Part shown: positions 40,012-49,524 of the stretch, piece by piece
Position numbering within the stretch: the stretch's first letter is position 1
How the letters are laid out: each line of letters begins with the position of its first letter
Origin: a virus
Taxonomy: Duplodnaviria > Caudoviricetes
DNA: 64,000 nt
IMG/VR virus record: IMGVR_UViG_3300031998_000003
Span: 128,001 to 192,000 of that record
Direction: 5' to 3' (one strand)
Translations under genes and position numbers: made by a program
The notes under the pieces: model-generated
The model's input: the letters and a program-made list of their open reading frames with translations, nothing else
What the model was told of the DNA's origin: nothing
The model's database searches: none

Positions 40012-42396
40012 TTGCCGACACAAGAAGAACGTAATCAGGAAATTTTGATTCATGGCCTGATGAATGATGTCGTTGGATCCGACATACAAATTTCCGCCGA
40101 AGATCTCGGTAATACGATTCAAGAAATCTTGAAACAGTATAACCTGTCGACAGATCTGTCATTCATCGAACGCGTTGCAAAATTGAAGTTCCCTGATAAG
40201 GATGACAATCTCTCTTGGGAAGAAATCCCGAAAGAGCTGCAGGACGCGGCGTTTCTACCTGTAACGACAATTGCTGATATCGCACTCAGACAGGATATTG
40301 ATATGGTTGTATCTCAGATCCCTGAGTGGTATAATGCATTGATTGTTACCCGTGACGCAATCTGTGAAGCTGATGTTGTTGATGGCAAACTTGCCAGAAA
40401 CATCGTGTTTGATAAGACGAAATTAACTGATCTCGAGCAACAGAACGTCATATCCAAGATCGAAAATCTGGAAGAGAAATACGGTCTACATAAATTGATC
40501 AAGAACCACATCGTGTACAATACGTTGATGTACGGCGAAGGATATTTGTATATTATTCCATATGCAAAGGTCTTCGAGGATTTGTATAAGTACCGTCTTA
40601 ATTCATCCAGTAAGAACAACGGAAGAAACTCCGTTGCAAACATGTTCGATACTTCTTCTGCTTTACGAGGATATGGCTATGGTGAATCTGCCGTTGAGAA
40701 AACCCTGAAGGATGTCATCGTTCAAGAATCTACTGAACCAACATCCAAAAAGGACAAGGAAGCCGGTGGAAAGAAACCGAAGCCAAACGCAATCTTCACT
40801 GAAGCTGAGATCATGGATATTATTCCGGGATATCATGCAAAACAATCTGATCAGAAGAATGTTAAGGTTGATCAAAAACGTGATGCTGAATTCGATCAGT
40901 ATTCCGAATATGTCGCACGTAACGTCAGATATATCGGCGATGATATTGCGGTTCCGGTTATTGAGGAATCTGCACATGATCTTCGCGCTGTTTATGATGT
41001 CAAATACGGTGATACGAATCCGGGATATGTTCAAGAGGCGCATGATGTATTTGAAAGAGTCATGGAGTCTGGTGGTAGCAATATCTACACAGCTCAGCTC
41101 GATAATGAGTTTAGGGGTATCAAGGGCGTATACATGAAGATACTCCCGGCAACGAAGATGATTCCGATTCGTATCGACAGAACCGTTGTTGGATACTATT
41201 ATATCTCAGACCTCACCAGACCTGATCAAACCGGTGATCGTCGAAACTCAGGTCTTTCTGGATATACACTACGATCTCCATCTGTTGGATTCGACACATT
41301 CTCCCCCGACAGAGCATTTTGCGAGAAGCTTGCATCCAAGATCATCAGTAACTTCGATTTGAAGTTCATGCGTGATAATACCGCACTTCACCAGCAAATC
41401 GTTGCGATTCTGGAAGCGCATAAGTTCAATGAATCCATGATGCGGTTTATTTTTATTCCTGCAGAACATGTGTGCCAATGCACAATCAATGAAGACGGCG
41501 CTGGTAAAGGTCACTCCATGCTTGAAGGTGGTTTGATCAATGCGAGAATGTACATGTTCCTGAAACTGTACTCCATTCTGTTCCAAATCAATAACTCCGG
41601 TGTTCGTGTGTATAATCTACACTCATCTGGTATTGATAAGAACTACAAAGCTGCGGTTCAGGAGATCATGCGTAAGTTTGCTGCAAGACGCATTTCGGTT
41701 AATGACATCTTCAATTACAGAAACTCCGTTACAAAGGTTTCTGGTGGATCAGAACTGGTTATGCCTGTTGGTCCTGATGGCAAACCGCCATTGACATTCG
41801 AAACGATCAATGCTTCCGAAGCTCCGATCAATACAGATCTTCTTGATAATCAGCGTGCTGAAGCTTTGAATTCCACACCTGTTCCTGCGATCATGGTGCA
41901 GAACGGTGGTGTGACCGAGATCGAGTTCTCGAAGGAAACTGAACTCGCAAATACACGTTTCGACAGTTTTGTTTCTTCTACCAAACTCGATATGAACCCG
42001 GATGTCACGAAGATCTATAAGAAACTCGCAATTTGGGATTCTGATATCGATCCTGAAATTATCCATGATATGAAGTTTATGTTCCGTATGGCGACATCCA
42101 AGAAAATGGGTATCACTGCAAACAAGCTGAACGATTTCGAGAAGCTTGCAGATGTTGCTGTATCAATCTTCTTGACACAAAAGGAACAGACTGATGCGAA
42201 GGGTAATAAGGAAGATATGAACAACGTCGTTCGTGAATTCAAGAAACAGCTTCTCGGTAAGTATGTTCCGGACATCGATATCGAAGATATGGAGAAGATG
42301 GCAAATGCTGCGCGTAATGAAGCAAACAAGAAAACTTTGAATGACGCAAACACGAAAGAAAACATGCTGAATGATGCAGAATCCGAGGAGGTGTAA
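40012..42396 (+). CDS. Portal protein
   Basis: Size; helical pattern ending in RVYNL..AVQEIMRKF..PVPAIM, similar to T4 gp20-like jumbo portals; near terminase. Confidence 0.65.
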   Translation: MPTQEERNQEILIHGLMNDVVGSDIQISAEDLGNTIQEILKQYNLSTDLSFIERVAKLKFPDKDDNLSWEEIPKELQDAAFLPVTTIADIALRQDIDMVVSQIPEWYNALIVTRDAICEADVVDGKLARNIVFDKTKLTDLEQQNVISKIENLEEKYGLHKLIKNHIVYNTLMYGEGYLYIIPYAKVFEDLYKYRLNSSSKNNGRNSVANMFDTSSALRGYGYGESAVEKTLKDVIVQESTEPTSKKDKEAGGKKPKPNAIFTEAEIMDIIPGYHAKQSDQKNVKVDQKRDAEFDQYSEYVARNVRYIGDDIAVPVIEESAHDLRAVYDVKYGDTNPGYVQEAHDVFERVMESGGSNIYTAQLDNEFRGIKGVYMKILPATKMIPIRIDRTVVGYYYISDLTRPDQTGDRRNSGLSGYTLRSPSVGFDTFSPDRAFCEKLASKIISNFDLKFMRDNTALHQQIVAILEAHKFNESMMRFIFIPAEHVCQCTINEDGAGKGHSMLEGGLINARMYMFLKLYSILFQINNSGVRVYNLHSSGIDKNYKAAVQEIMRKFAARRISVNDIFNYRNSVTKVSGGSELVMPVGPDGKPPLTFETINASEAPINTDLLDNQRAEALNSTPVPAIMVQNGGVTEIEFSKETELANTRFDSFVSSTKLDMNPDVTKIYKKLAIWDSDIDPEIIHDMKFMFRMATSKKMGITANKLNDFEKLADVAVSIFLTQKEQTDAKGNKEDMNNVVREFKKQLLGKYVPDIDIEDMEKMANAARNEANKKTLNDANTKENMLNDAESEEV

Positions 42397-42402
42397 TAAC
42401 GT

Positions 42403-44523
42403 ATGAAGATTGAGAAAACAACTACAGGTGTTATTATACGCGAACCATCGGATGAAATCAAACGGAAGTGTCTGCAATACTTTTCGTTACCGAATCCAGT
42501 ACGAGAATTCTTCGTCTATTGTAAGAAGGATCCTGATTACGAGAAACTTGTATCATTCATGCGTGATCATGACATCATCTATATCACATCAGGTTTTCTA
42601 AATATCAAGGACAAGGTTATTGAGTCATTGAATGTTTCGTCCGAAAAGCCGATTCAAACACCACGACTCATAACACTTGACATGAATCGTGAACCCCGTT
42701 CTCAACTGCAAAGAGACTGTATCGAACTGCTGACTACAGCAAAAGAGAATAAGATCACAGTCGAGCTGAAACCTGGAACTGGAAAAGCAGAGCCGTATTC
42801 CAGAAAGATCCCGACACCAACAAAAGCCGGTTTTACGTTGATGGGTGATCTGAAGATTGGTGATTACGTCTTTGCTCAAGATGGTACACCGACAAAAGTA
42901 ACGGGTATCTTTGAACAAGGTGAACAAGACATTTATAAAGTGACATTCCAGGATGGTCGTGTAGCATACTGTCATGAAGAACATCTGTGGACTGTGAGAC
43001 GAAATGATTGTTCAACTTGGGAAACGGTCATGACAAATAAGATGGATCTATCTGTGGATAATTTCGCTATTCCCTTATGCGAACCAGTTCAATATAATGA
43101 CAAACCATTTGTCGGGTATGAATGCGGATCTGTGAATGAAACGATATATCATTCAATGAAAGATTCATATGTATGTTCACCACCCAGTCGTATTCAGTAT
43201 CTATTTCAGAGCAGAGGGATTGGAACGGAAGGTGAGTTCCAGTGTGATGAATTGTACGCATACAATATATGGCTTCCAATGTTTTATCAGATGGGATATT
43301 CGGCGTACTATTTGGAGAATACCATCCATTATTCAAAACCGGAATCGTTAAAAATCAAATCTATTGAATTCTCACATCGAGAAAAATGCAGATGTATTAT
43401 GGTTGACAATCCTGAACATCTGTATCTGACTGAAGATTTCATTGTAACTCACAACACGTTCATCGCATGTTACTCTGCTGCAAAGCTTGGTCTGAAGCCT
43501 CTGATCGTTGCTCCGACATCTCTATTGAAGAATCAATGGATTGACAATATCGTAGAACTCGGTATTGACAAATCCGATATTGCAACAAAGATCTGGGATG
43601 CTCCTGACAAGAAGGTTTGTGTTGTTACAATATCCTCCCTGGAAGGAGCAATCCGTGATGACTGGAATGGTCTTCTGAAGACACTGGATGCTTCCGGTTT
43701 CGGTATCAAGGTTATCGATGAAGCACATCTCCATTTGAAGGGAATGCTGAAGTTCGATGCATTGTGTAACATCAAACACAACTGGTACATGTCAGCAACA
43801 CTCGGACGTTCATCAGCAGATGAAGACAGGATCCTGAACCGTGCTCTTGGAGATGCCAAACGGTTTGTTGGTAATGCTGCATATGAAGAATATCAGAAAG
43901 AGTACGTGAATGTCTATCTTCAGGACATCTACTACTACCCATCCAATAAATTATGTGAAGCATGTTTCAAATACGGCTCCAAAGGTTTGATCCGTTCATC
44001 ATACTACAACATGTTGATGACATACCATAATGGTGTTCCGTTTATCAAAAACATCATCACAATGTTGAAGCGTGCGAAATCGATCATTGATTATGATGGA
44101 AAGATTCTACTGTTGGTACCATTGTTATCGATCATTGAACAAGTCGTGAAAGCAATGGATCAAGATCCTTTCTTCAAGCAGTATTCGTATTCTGCAGTCG
44201 ATGGTTCAATGCCATTGTCTCAACGTCGCGAAGCGATGGAATCTGATTTCATTCTATCAACATCTCTTTCCATGGGAACTGGTGTTGATGTATCGAATCT
44301 AGGGGTGGTTGTCAACTTTGACCAATACTCTTCTTCGATCATCGGTGAACAGATCTTCGGACGTCTTCGCGACCGTGGTAAAGAGACATACTACATCGAC
44401 GTATGTGATGTTGTTAAACAGGCCAGAATGTTAACACGATGGGGACAAAAACGTCGTATCTTGATTCCATATTATCCTGGAGCAAAACGTGATATGAAAC
44501 GGTTCCCTGCTATACATTCATGA
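42403..44523 (+). CDS. SF2 (UvsW-like) DEAH helicase containing an intein
   Basis: PGTGK|T Walker A split by the intein; IDEAH, MSAT, GTGVD, QIFGRLR. Confidence 0.9.
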   Translation: MKIEKTTTGVIIREPSDEIKRKCLQYFSLPNPVREFFVYCKKDPDYEKLVSFMRDHDIIYITSGFLNIKDKVIESLNVSSEKPIQTPRLITLDMNREPRSQLQRDCIELLTTAKENKITVELKPGTGKAEPYSRKIPTPTKAGFTLMGDLKIGDYVFAQDGTPTKVTGIFEQGEQDIYKVTFQDGRVAYCHEEHLWTVRRNDCSTWETVMTNKMDLSVDNFAIPLCEPVQYNDKPFVGYECGSVNETIYHSMKDSYVCSPPSRIQYLFQSRGIGTEGEFQCDELYAYNIWLPMFYQMGYSAYYLENTIHYSKPESLKIKSIEFSHREKCRCIMVDNPEHLYLTEDFIVTHNTFIACYSAAKLGLKPLIVAPTSLLKNQWIDNIVELGIDKSDIATKIWDAPDKKVCVVTISSLEGAIRDDWNGLLKTLDASGFGIKVIDEAHLHLKGMLKFDALCNIKHNWYMSATLGRSSADEDRILNRALGDAKRFVGNAAYEEYQKEYVNVYLQDIYYYPSNKLCEACFKYGSKGLIRSSYYNMLMTYHNGVPFIKNIITMLKRAKSIIDYDGKILLLVPLLSIIEQVVKAMDQDPFFKQYSYSAVDGSMPLSQRREAMESDFILSTSLSMGTGVDVSNLGVVVNFDQYSSSIIGEQIFGRLRDRGKETYYIDVCDVVKQARMLTRWGQKRRILIPYYPGAKRDMKRFPAIHS
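42787..43455 (+). mobile_element. Class 3 mini-intein, 223 aa, endonuclease degenerate
   Basis: Ala1 (AEPYS..MGDLKIGDYV), block B EHLW, block F CRCIMV, C-terminal VTHN|T. Confidence 0.9.
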
Positions 44524-44541
44524 AAGCAAATACATAATGAT

Positions 44542-44740
44542 AATCCCTGCAGGAATGAGGGTACAGGTGTAGGCCACCACCTTCATCTTCCAATGGAATC
44601 ACTGGTATTGAGCTCACCGTGAGATCCATTGGAGGATATGACTCATTCCACATGGATTGCTCTCCCGTCCTTCTGGCTTTTCAAGAGTCATTTTCAAGAT
44701 TCCTTTCGGTTTGTGCGGTGGGGCTTTCGCCCCACCAATC
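44542..44740 (+). ncRNA. Structured ncRNA candidate 1 (long hairpin plus anti-RBS tail)
   Basis: Nested stems 44542-46/44654-58, 44552-59/44642-49 and 44586-97/44625-36; begins at +1 of TACA-N6-TA; ends at hairpin 44717-44736. Confidence 0.6.
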
Positions 44741-44763
44741 AAATTCTTCTTTAACGGTTTAAT

Positions 44764-44960
44764 AATCCGGGGTGTTCTGGTCAACTATGTTGACACCTCT
44801 CTCGTTCAGGGAGTACGTGCCTCCCTGTGCCGCGTGCGGGCGCGGCGGCCTCCGCTTTAACGCCATGTGTGATGTTCCTCCTAAACATACGCGCATAATA
44901 CACCATTCGGCACCCCGGATTTCATATATACAGTGTGGGGCTTCGGCCCCACACTGTGTC
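44764..44960 (+). ncRNA. Structured ncRNA candidate 2 (closed multi-stem RNA with a CCUCCU loop)
   Basis: Closing stem AATCCGGGGTGTT/GGCACCCCGGATT; at least four internal hairpins; G.U pairs favour the plus strand; begins at +1 of AACG-N6-TA; terminator hairpin at 44931-44956. Confidence 0.7.
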
Positions 44961-45002
44961 TTTGATTGCCGAAAAGCACCCCTACTCAGAATTATTTTTT
45001 TT

Positions 45003-47153
45003 TTAGAATGAACCATTAATATCTACAAACCACGATGGAGAGAATCCTTCCTGAGCAGTCAATGAGACTGGTGCACGTTCCTGTTGAGTACGATATTGTT
45101 TGTTATAGTCCATTGGAGAATAACCATATTCATCAACACCGTGTTCTCTGAAATATCCCATCGGATCTTGTGAGATCGTGTCATGTAGGAGCTGCTCTTC
45201 ATATGGTGCAGGTACATCTGGAAGGACCATGTTGTTTACAACAGCTTCAGTGATGTCATCCACGTATTTCTCAATAGCAGCTGTCGCACCTTGGAATGTA
45301 CTTTTTTCTTTAATGATTCCAAAACGCTCAATATGATCACCATAGTACCAAACAAAGATAGCATGATTGTATGCCATGACCATGTCATCATGGAAACCCT
45401 CTGCAGCCTCAATCTTACCAGTCTTTGAGCGTACAAGATTCGTGATATCCTTGGACAAATACTTCGATGTTAGTAAATGTCTATAGTCCTTCACATGAAC
45501 CTTCAACAGATCGAACATGCTGGTTCTGACAGACGGTGTGACATATGTGCCGATATATCCTTTTTCTTTTGAACGACGCTTCATAACTTCTTCTGGAGTT
45601 TCCTTCATGATTGCGTTCTTAGAAATATCCAATCTCGGATCATGATAGAATCTATATTCAATCTGGGTTTCCTGGATTAGATCGACGATTGCCTTACCGA
45701 TAGAATTTGTTTCAACACAGAAGATACCCTTTGGGCACAACTTTGCAATCTCTAGAATAATCCGCATCAGATCAGTTGGTCCGATGAATGGGGAGATTAG
45801 CTCACCGACAACCTGCATTGTATATGGATGAACGATGCAAATCGCTGTATTGTCTCCATTACCACCGGCAGCAACGTCAATACCAATCAGATATGGGATT
45901 GTTGTGTCGAAATACGGTGTAGATGAGTTGATGTCCGGAATCAGGATATCATGTTTATAGACATATAGATGAACCTTCTTCAGCAGAAAGATATCGTAGT
46001 CTGGTTCTCTGACATTCTGAACAATGTAGTCAATATCTTCCTGACGGAACAGTACTGACTTCGAACCACGGTATCTCTGAAGAAGAACACCTCGACGATA
46101 CTCATCCAGTTTATCAAGACGCACTGCTTCATTATATTGTGCTCTTAACCAAGCTTCGTCTTTTCGTAATTGCTTGTAATTGAATTCAATGTAGAGTGAC
46201 GTAACAGGTTGTGGATTACCATTCTCATCAATTGTATGCATACCTGCAAAATACTCTTTGAGCTCCTGCTCCGTGAAGTCATACAATTGTTCTGAGAATA
46301 CTGGTGTCATATCGATCATGTGCTGTGCCGTTCTACCAGTTTCTGTTTCCAAGTCACCAGGAGTCGAAAGCAGCATAACACATGTACGTCCACCTGTCTT
46401 CGCCGCGATTTCACGTCCAGAGATGATAGCAGGCATCGCACCTTCCATAACGGATGCTTGATACGGAATGTACTCCCACTCTTCAAGCATTGCTGCAAAT
46501 ACAGTGAAACCACGCATCTTGTCCTTCGCTTTGACAACAGAGTCTGCTTGAGATAGGATTGTGATGGATGTACCGTGTTCATCATATTTCAAAGACTTTG
46601 TTCCAGGAAGCTTCTGTCGACCATACCATGGATTCATATATGGTGGTAGTGCACAAATATAATCACGCAACATTTCAGCAGATTCCAAGCAACGGTCTTG
46701 TCGAATATGCATCATTGGAATTTCGATATTTTGATATTCAAATACAAACATGTACTCGAGTAATAGTGTACACCAGGTAGACTTATGCGTCTGACGAGGC
46801 TGACATAAGATGACATCGATACTATGGATGAAACACCATATGAGTGCTAGCGATGCACGTGATAGAATTGGTGGTAGTTTACCAGCACCACGAACAGGAA
46901 CTTTCGCAACTTCTCGGAAGAAATACCAAGGGTTCTGTTTACATTCAATACAGACACGGGCAATGTCTTCTTGTGAAATATTTTCATCATATGCATCAAT
47001 ATCTTGAACACCGAGTTCCGGATGTTTTACTTCTAGCATGAAATACCAGTTCTTGATACCGAGAACTTTCAACTCTTGTGCGGTTAACAAGAACGATTTG
47101 TTTCTTGTACCAAAATCATAGTACCGATTTCCGATTCGTCGGATATCGCTCAT
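45003..47153 (-). CDS. terL: Terminase large subunit
   Basis: ECKQNPWYFFRE, PRQTHKS (Walker A), LSTP, nuclease motifs IGIDVA and VETNSIG, HDDMVMAY. Confidence 0.92.
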   Translation of the reverse strand: MSDIRRIGNRYYDFGTRNKSFLLTAQELKVLGIKNWYFMLEVKHPELGVQDIDAYDENISQEDIARVCIECKQNPWYFFREVAKVPVRGAGKLPPILSRASLALIWCFIHSIDVILCQPRQTHKSTWCTLLLEYMFVFEYQNIEIPMMHIRQDRCLESAEMLRDYICALPPYMNPWYGRQKLPGTKSLKYDEHGTSITILSQADSVVKAKDKMRGFTVFAAMLEEWEYIPYQASVMEGAMPAIISGREIAAKTGGRTCVMLLSTPGDLETETGRTAQHMIDMTPVFSEQLYDFTEQELKEYFAGMHTIDENGNPQPVTSLYIEFNYKQLRKDEAWLRAQYNEAVRLDKLDEYRRGVLLQRYRGSKSVLFRQEDIDYIVQNVREPDYDIFLLKKVHLYVYKHDILIPDINSSTPYFDTTIPYLIGIDVAAGGNGDNTAICIVHPYTMQVVGELISPFIGPTDLMRIILEIAKLCPKGIFCVETNSIGKAIVDLIQETQIEYRFYHDPRLDISKNAIMKETPEEVMKRRSKEKGYIGTYVTPSVRTSMFDLLKVHVKDYRHLLTSKYLSKDITNLVRSKTGKIEAAEGFHDDMVMAYNHAIFVWYYGDHIERFGIIKEKSTFQGATAAIEKYVDDITEAVVNNMVLPDVPAPYEEQLLHDTISQDPMGYFREHGVDEYGYSPMDYNKQYRTQQERAPVSLTAQEGFSPSWFVDINGSF

Positions 47154-47275
47154 AACAAAGCTCCTTTCTGTCGAGATTGTTATATGATCTGTCCGTATAT
47201 AATATTACGAAAAAAAAATAATATACACGGGGGCCACGTGGCCCCCGTATACAAATTCTGTTTATCCGAGCCTGA

Positions 47276-49492
47276 TTAGGCATATTGCTTGAGTTGTTGC
47301 AGAATTGGTAAGATGCGTGTGAACTTCTCATACATGGACTCAACATATTCACGTTTACATCCTTGGAATAGATCGGTTTCATCAATCATTGAGAAGAATT
47401 CAGTCATATCAACAAACTGATGTGTTTTCTGATACTGCATGAAGTATGAGAACATAATCAGATGGAAGCGTAGTTCAGGAATAGAAACTTCGACTTCCAC
47501 GTTGTTGATCAAGACTTTATGAATCTCATCAATGAATCCAATCGTAGAATAGTTAAAGATGTCAGGTTTCAACTTGATGCCCATGAATTTGAGTGTGTTC
47601 TTCAGATTATCAAGTTGTGGGAACTGGTTGTACTTGGTCAGATCAAGACCCATATCATTCAGCTGGGACATCAGCATCGAATTCTCCATGTACTGGGAAC
47701 CACGATAATATGTCGTCAGCTTCGAGAACTCTTTGACACCAACACCCGCCAGGAAGTTTAGGCTATCGTATTCACCATACTTCACCGGATTGTCGGAATA
47801 GTGTCTCAGATTCTTTGTGAACTGATGCGTCTTAACAGGCTGATCGTACAATGTCGTTCTTCCTGTGGAAATGGCAGACAGCGCTTTTGACGGTTCTTGT
47901 TTCAAGACCCATGTGTACTGGAATCCAACAGGATATTCACCATCGATCTTTACCCAACGATGATGGAGCTTCGTAAAGATCTTATACGGCTTCATGATAT
48001 CAGGATATTTATCGTATGCTTCAAGCAACGCGTCGCGCACACATACTTTGTTGAACGGTTCAATCTGAATGAAGATTCCGTGATCCATAATATCCTGGAA
48101 CACGGTGTTCGGCATTTCCTTGTACACGCGCATAATTTCAGATCCTTCATCCGGTGCAAAGATTGAAACGAAATCGCATACACACGTCATAATTTCGTCT
48201 TTCGTTGCGAGTTTCTCTTTCCACAGATGTTGGATGTGTTGATACATACGATCCTGCATGAATGTCATGGATCCTTCATATGTAGCAAATGCAATGATTC
48301 TGTTCGGCACTGCCAAAGCATTTGCCAACATGTGAATCGGGCGGCCATCGTCAGTCTTTGGCATTTCATCAGTCGGAATGATTTTCGAAATAACGGACTT
48401 GTTTCCGTAACGTCCAACCACCTTCTGACCAACTGCGATGCGCATAGGTTGTAACATTGTGAACTTGATGATGGTATCGACGATGTATTCCTTTGTAACC
48501 CATGCTGAACCGTTCAGATACTTTTCAGCCTGATGATAAATATCCAGCAGAGATGTATCATCTTGGTTCGGGTCCGTAATGATCGTCGAAATGTAAGAGA
48601 AGATATCCGTATACCACTGACGAATTTGTGTTAGATATCGATTGAACTGTGCATCCTCCACCTCAACGTTTGTAAAGATATCGATGTCCACAACAGTACC
48701 ATGTGAGAAATACTTTGTATCGTTCACATGTGGAATCGATGCTTCAGCAAATGTCGAAACATAAGAATTCTCACGAATCGAACACAGCACGTCATTCTGA
48801 ACGTCCTCACCAATATCGGGGAAAGGCTTGTATTCACCGTTCTTGCCGTATCGGTTTAACAGATATGACTTCTTGGATACATTGACGGTTACGATGTCGA
48901 CCATGTCATATTCCAAAGCCTTGGCAGCGTCTTCTGATATCACAAGAGAGTCTTCGGTCAGATCAGGATGTACAGCATATGCCATACGGATATTGCATCC
49001 AGCGCAATAGTTGTCATCGACATATGAAGACGACTGTGCAATCGAAGAACCCTTCGGAAGCACATCACCTTCTTTGATTCCACGGATGTTGTCCTTCATC
49101 CGAAAACCATATCGTTCAACAAGATTGACAGCTGGCTTGTAAATCTTGCACAAGTATTTCCCAGTCTCCAGATTCTTGAAGATATACGCAATCGGAGAAT
49201 ATGGGGAATCTTTAAACTTCACGAATTTCTTCATGAGTTTATAATCCGCTGTTGCACGGACGTCCCAAGATGAACGTTTACCGAATTCATTTTCAGCACC
49301 GGTAAACATCATCGGGAATTCAGGATTCCGGACAACGACACGTTGGGATGTATGTTTTACCATCATTCCGCCACGTGTCGTTGATATCTTTTCCGGAAAA
49401 CCGAGTGCGGACATACCAGTCAATGATAACGGGTTTACTTCCGCACAACGCCGTTCAATATCAGCGGCATTGTTCATGATTTGTCTGGGCAT
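47276..49492 (-). CDS. Multisubunit RNA polymerase beta C-terminal subunit (non-virion type)
   Basis: EDSLVIS, GQKVVGRYGNKSVISKIIP..MP..DG, KQEPSKALSAISTG, KYGEYD. Confidence 0.92.
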   Translation of the reverse strand: MPRQIMNNAADIERRCAEVNPLSLTGMSALGFPEKISTTRGGMMVKHTSQRVVVRNPEFPMMFTGAENEFGKRSSWDVRATADYKLMKKFVKFKDSPYSPIAYIFKNLETGKYLCKIYKPAVNLVERYGFRMKDNIRGIKEGDVLPKGSSIAQSSSYVDDNYCAGCNIRMAYAVHPDLTEDSLVISEDAAKALEYDMVDIVTVNVSKKSYLLNRYGKNGEYKPFPDIGEDVQNDVLCSIRENSYVSTFAEASIPHVNDTKYFSHGTVVDIDIFTNVEVEDAQFNRYLTQIRQWYTDIFSYISTIITDPNQDDTSLLDIYHQAEKYLNGSAWVTKEYIVDTIIKFTMLQPMRIAVGQKVVGRYGNKSVISKIIPTDEMPKTDDGRPIHMLANALAVPNRIIAFATYEGSMTFMQDRMYQHIQHLWKEKLATKDEIMTCVCDFVSIFAPDEGSEIMRVYKEMPNTVFQDIMDHGIFIQIEPFNKVCVRDALLEAYDKYPDIMKPYKIFTKLHHRWVKIDGEYPVGFQYTWVLKQEPSKALSAISTGRTTLYDQPVKTHQFTKNLRHYSDNPVKYGEYDSLNFLAGVGVKEFSKLTTYYRGSQYMENSMLMSQLNDMGLDLTKYNQFPQLDNLKNTLKFMGIKLKPDIFNYSTIGFIDEIHKVLINNVEVEVSIPELRFHLIMFSYFMQYQKTHQFVDMTEFFSMIDETDLFQGCKREYVESMYEKFTRILPILQQLKQYA

Positions 49493-49524
49493 AGCTGTAG
49501 ACCACCTTTCACGAAATTGTCTTA

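Noticed and set aside
44631-44754. Hidden ORF behind GGAGGA-T-ATG in ncRNA 1
   Set aside because: SD-to-start spacing of 1 nt is too short, and the frame crosses the terminator hairpin.
44769-44921. tmRNA, RNase P RNA or SRP RNA
   Set aside because: GGGGUGUUCUGG resembles a tmRNA start, but there is no T-arm or CCA end and the element is too short. RNase P and SRP core motifs were not seen.
44657-45016. Short ORFs across the ncRNA region (44657+, 44772+, 44759-)
   Set aside because: They run through terminators and GC-rich hairpins. Only the 35-aa minus frame from ATG 44866 has an RBS, and it is kept as the alternative hypothesis in the findings.
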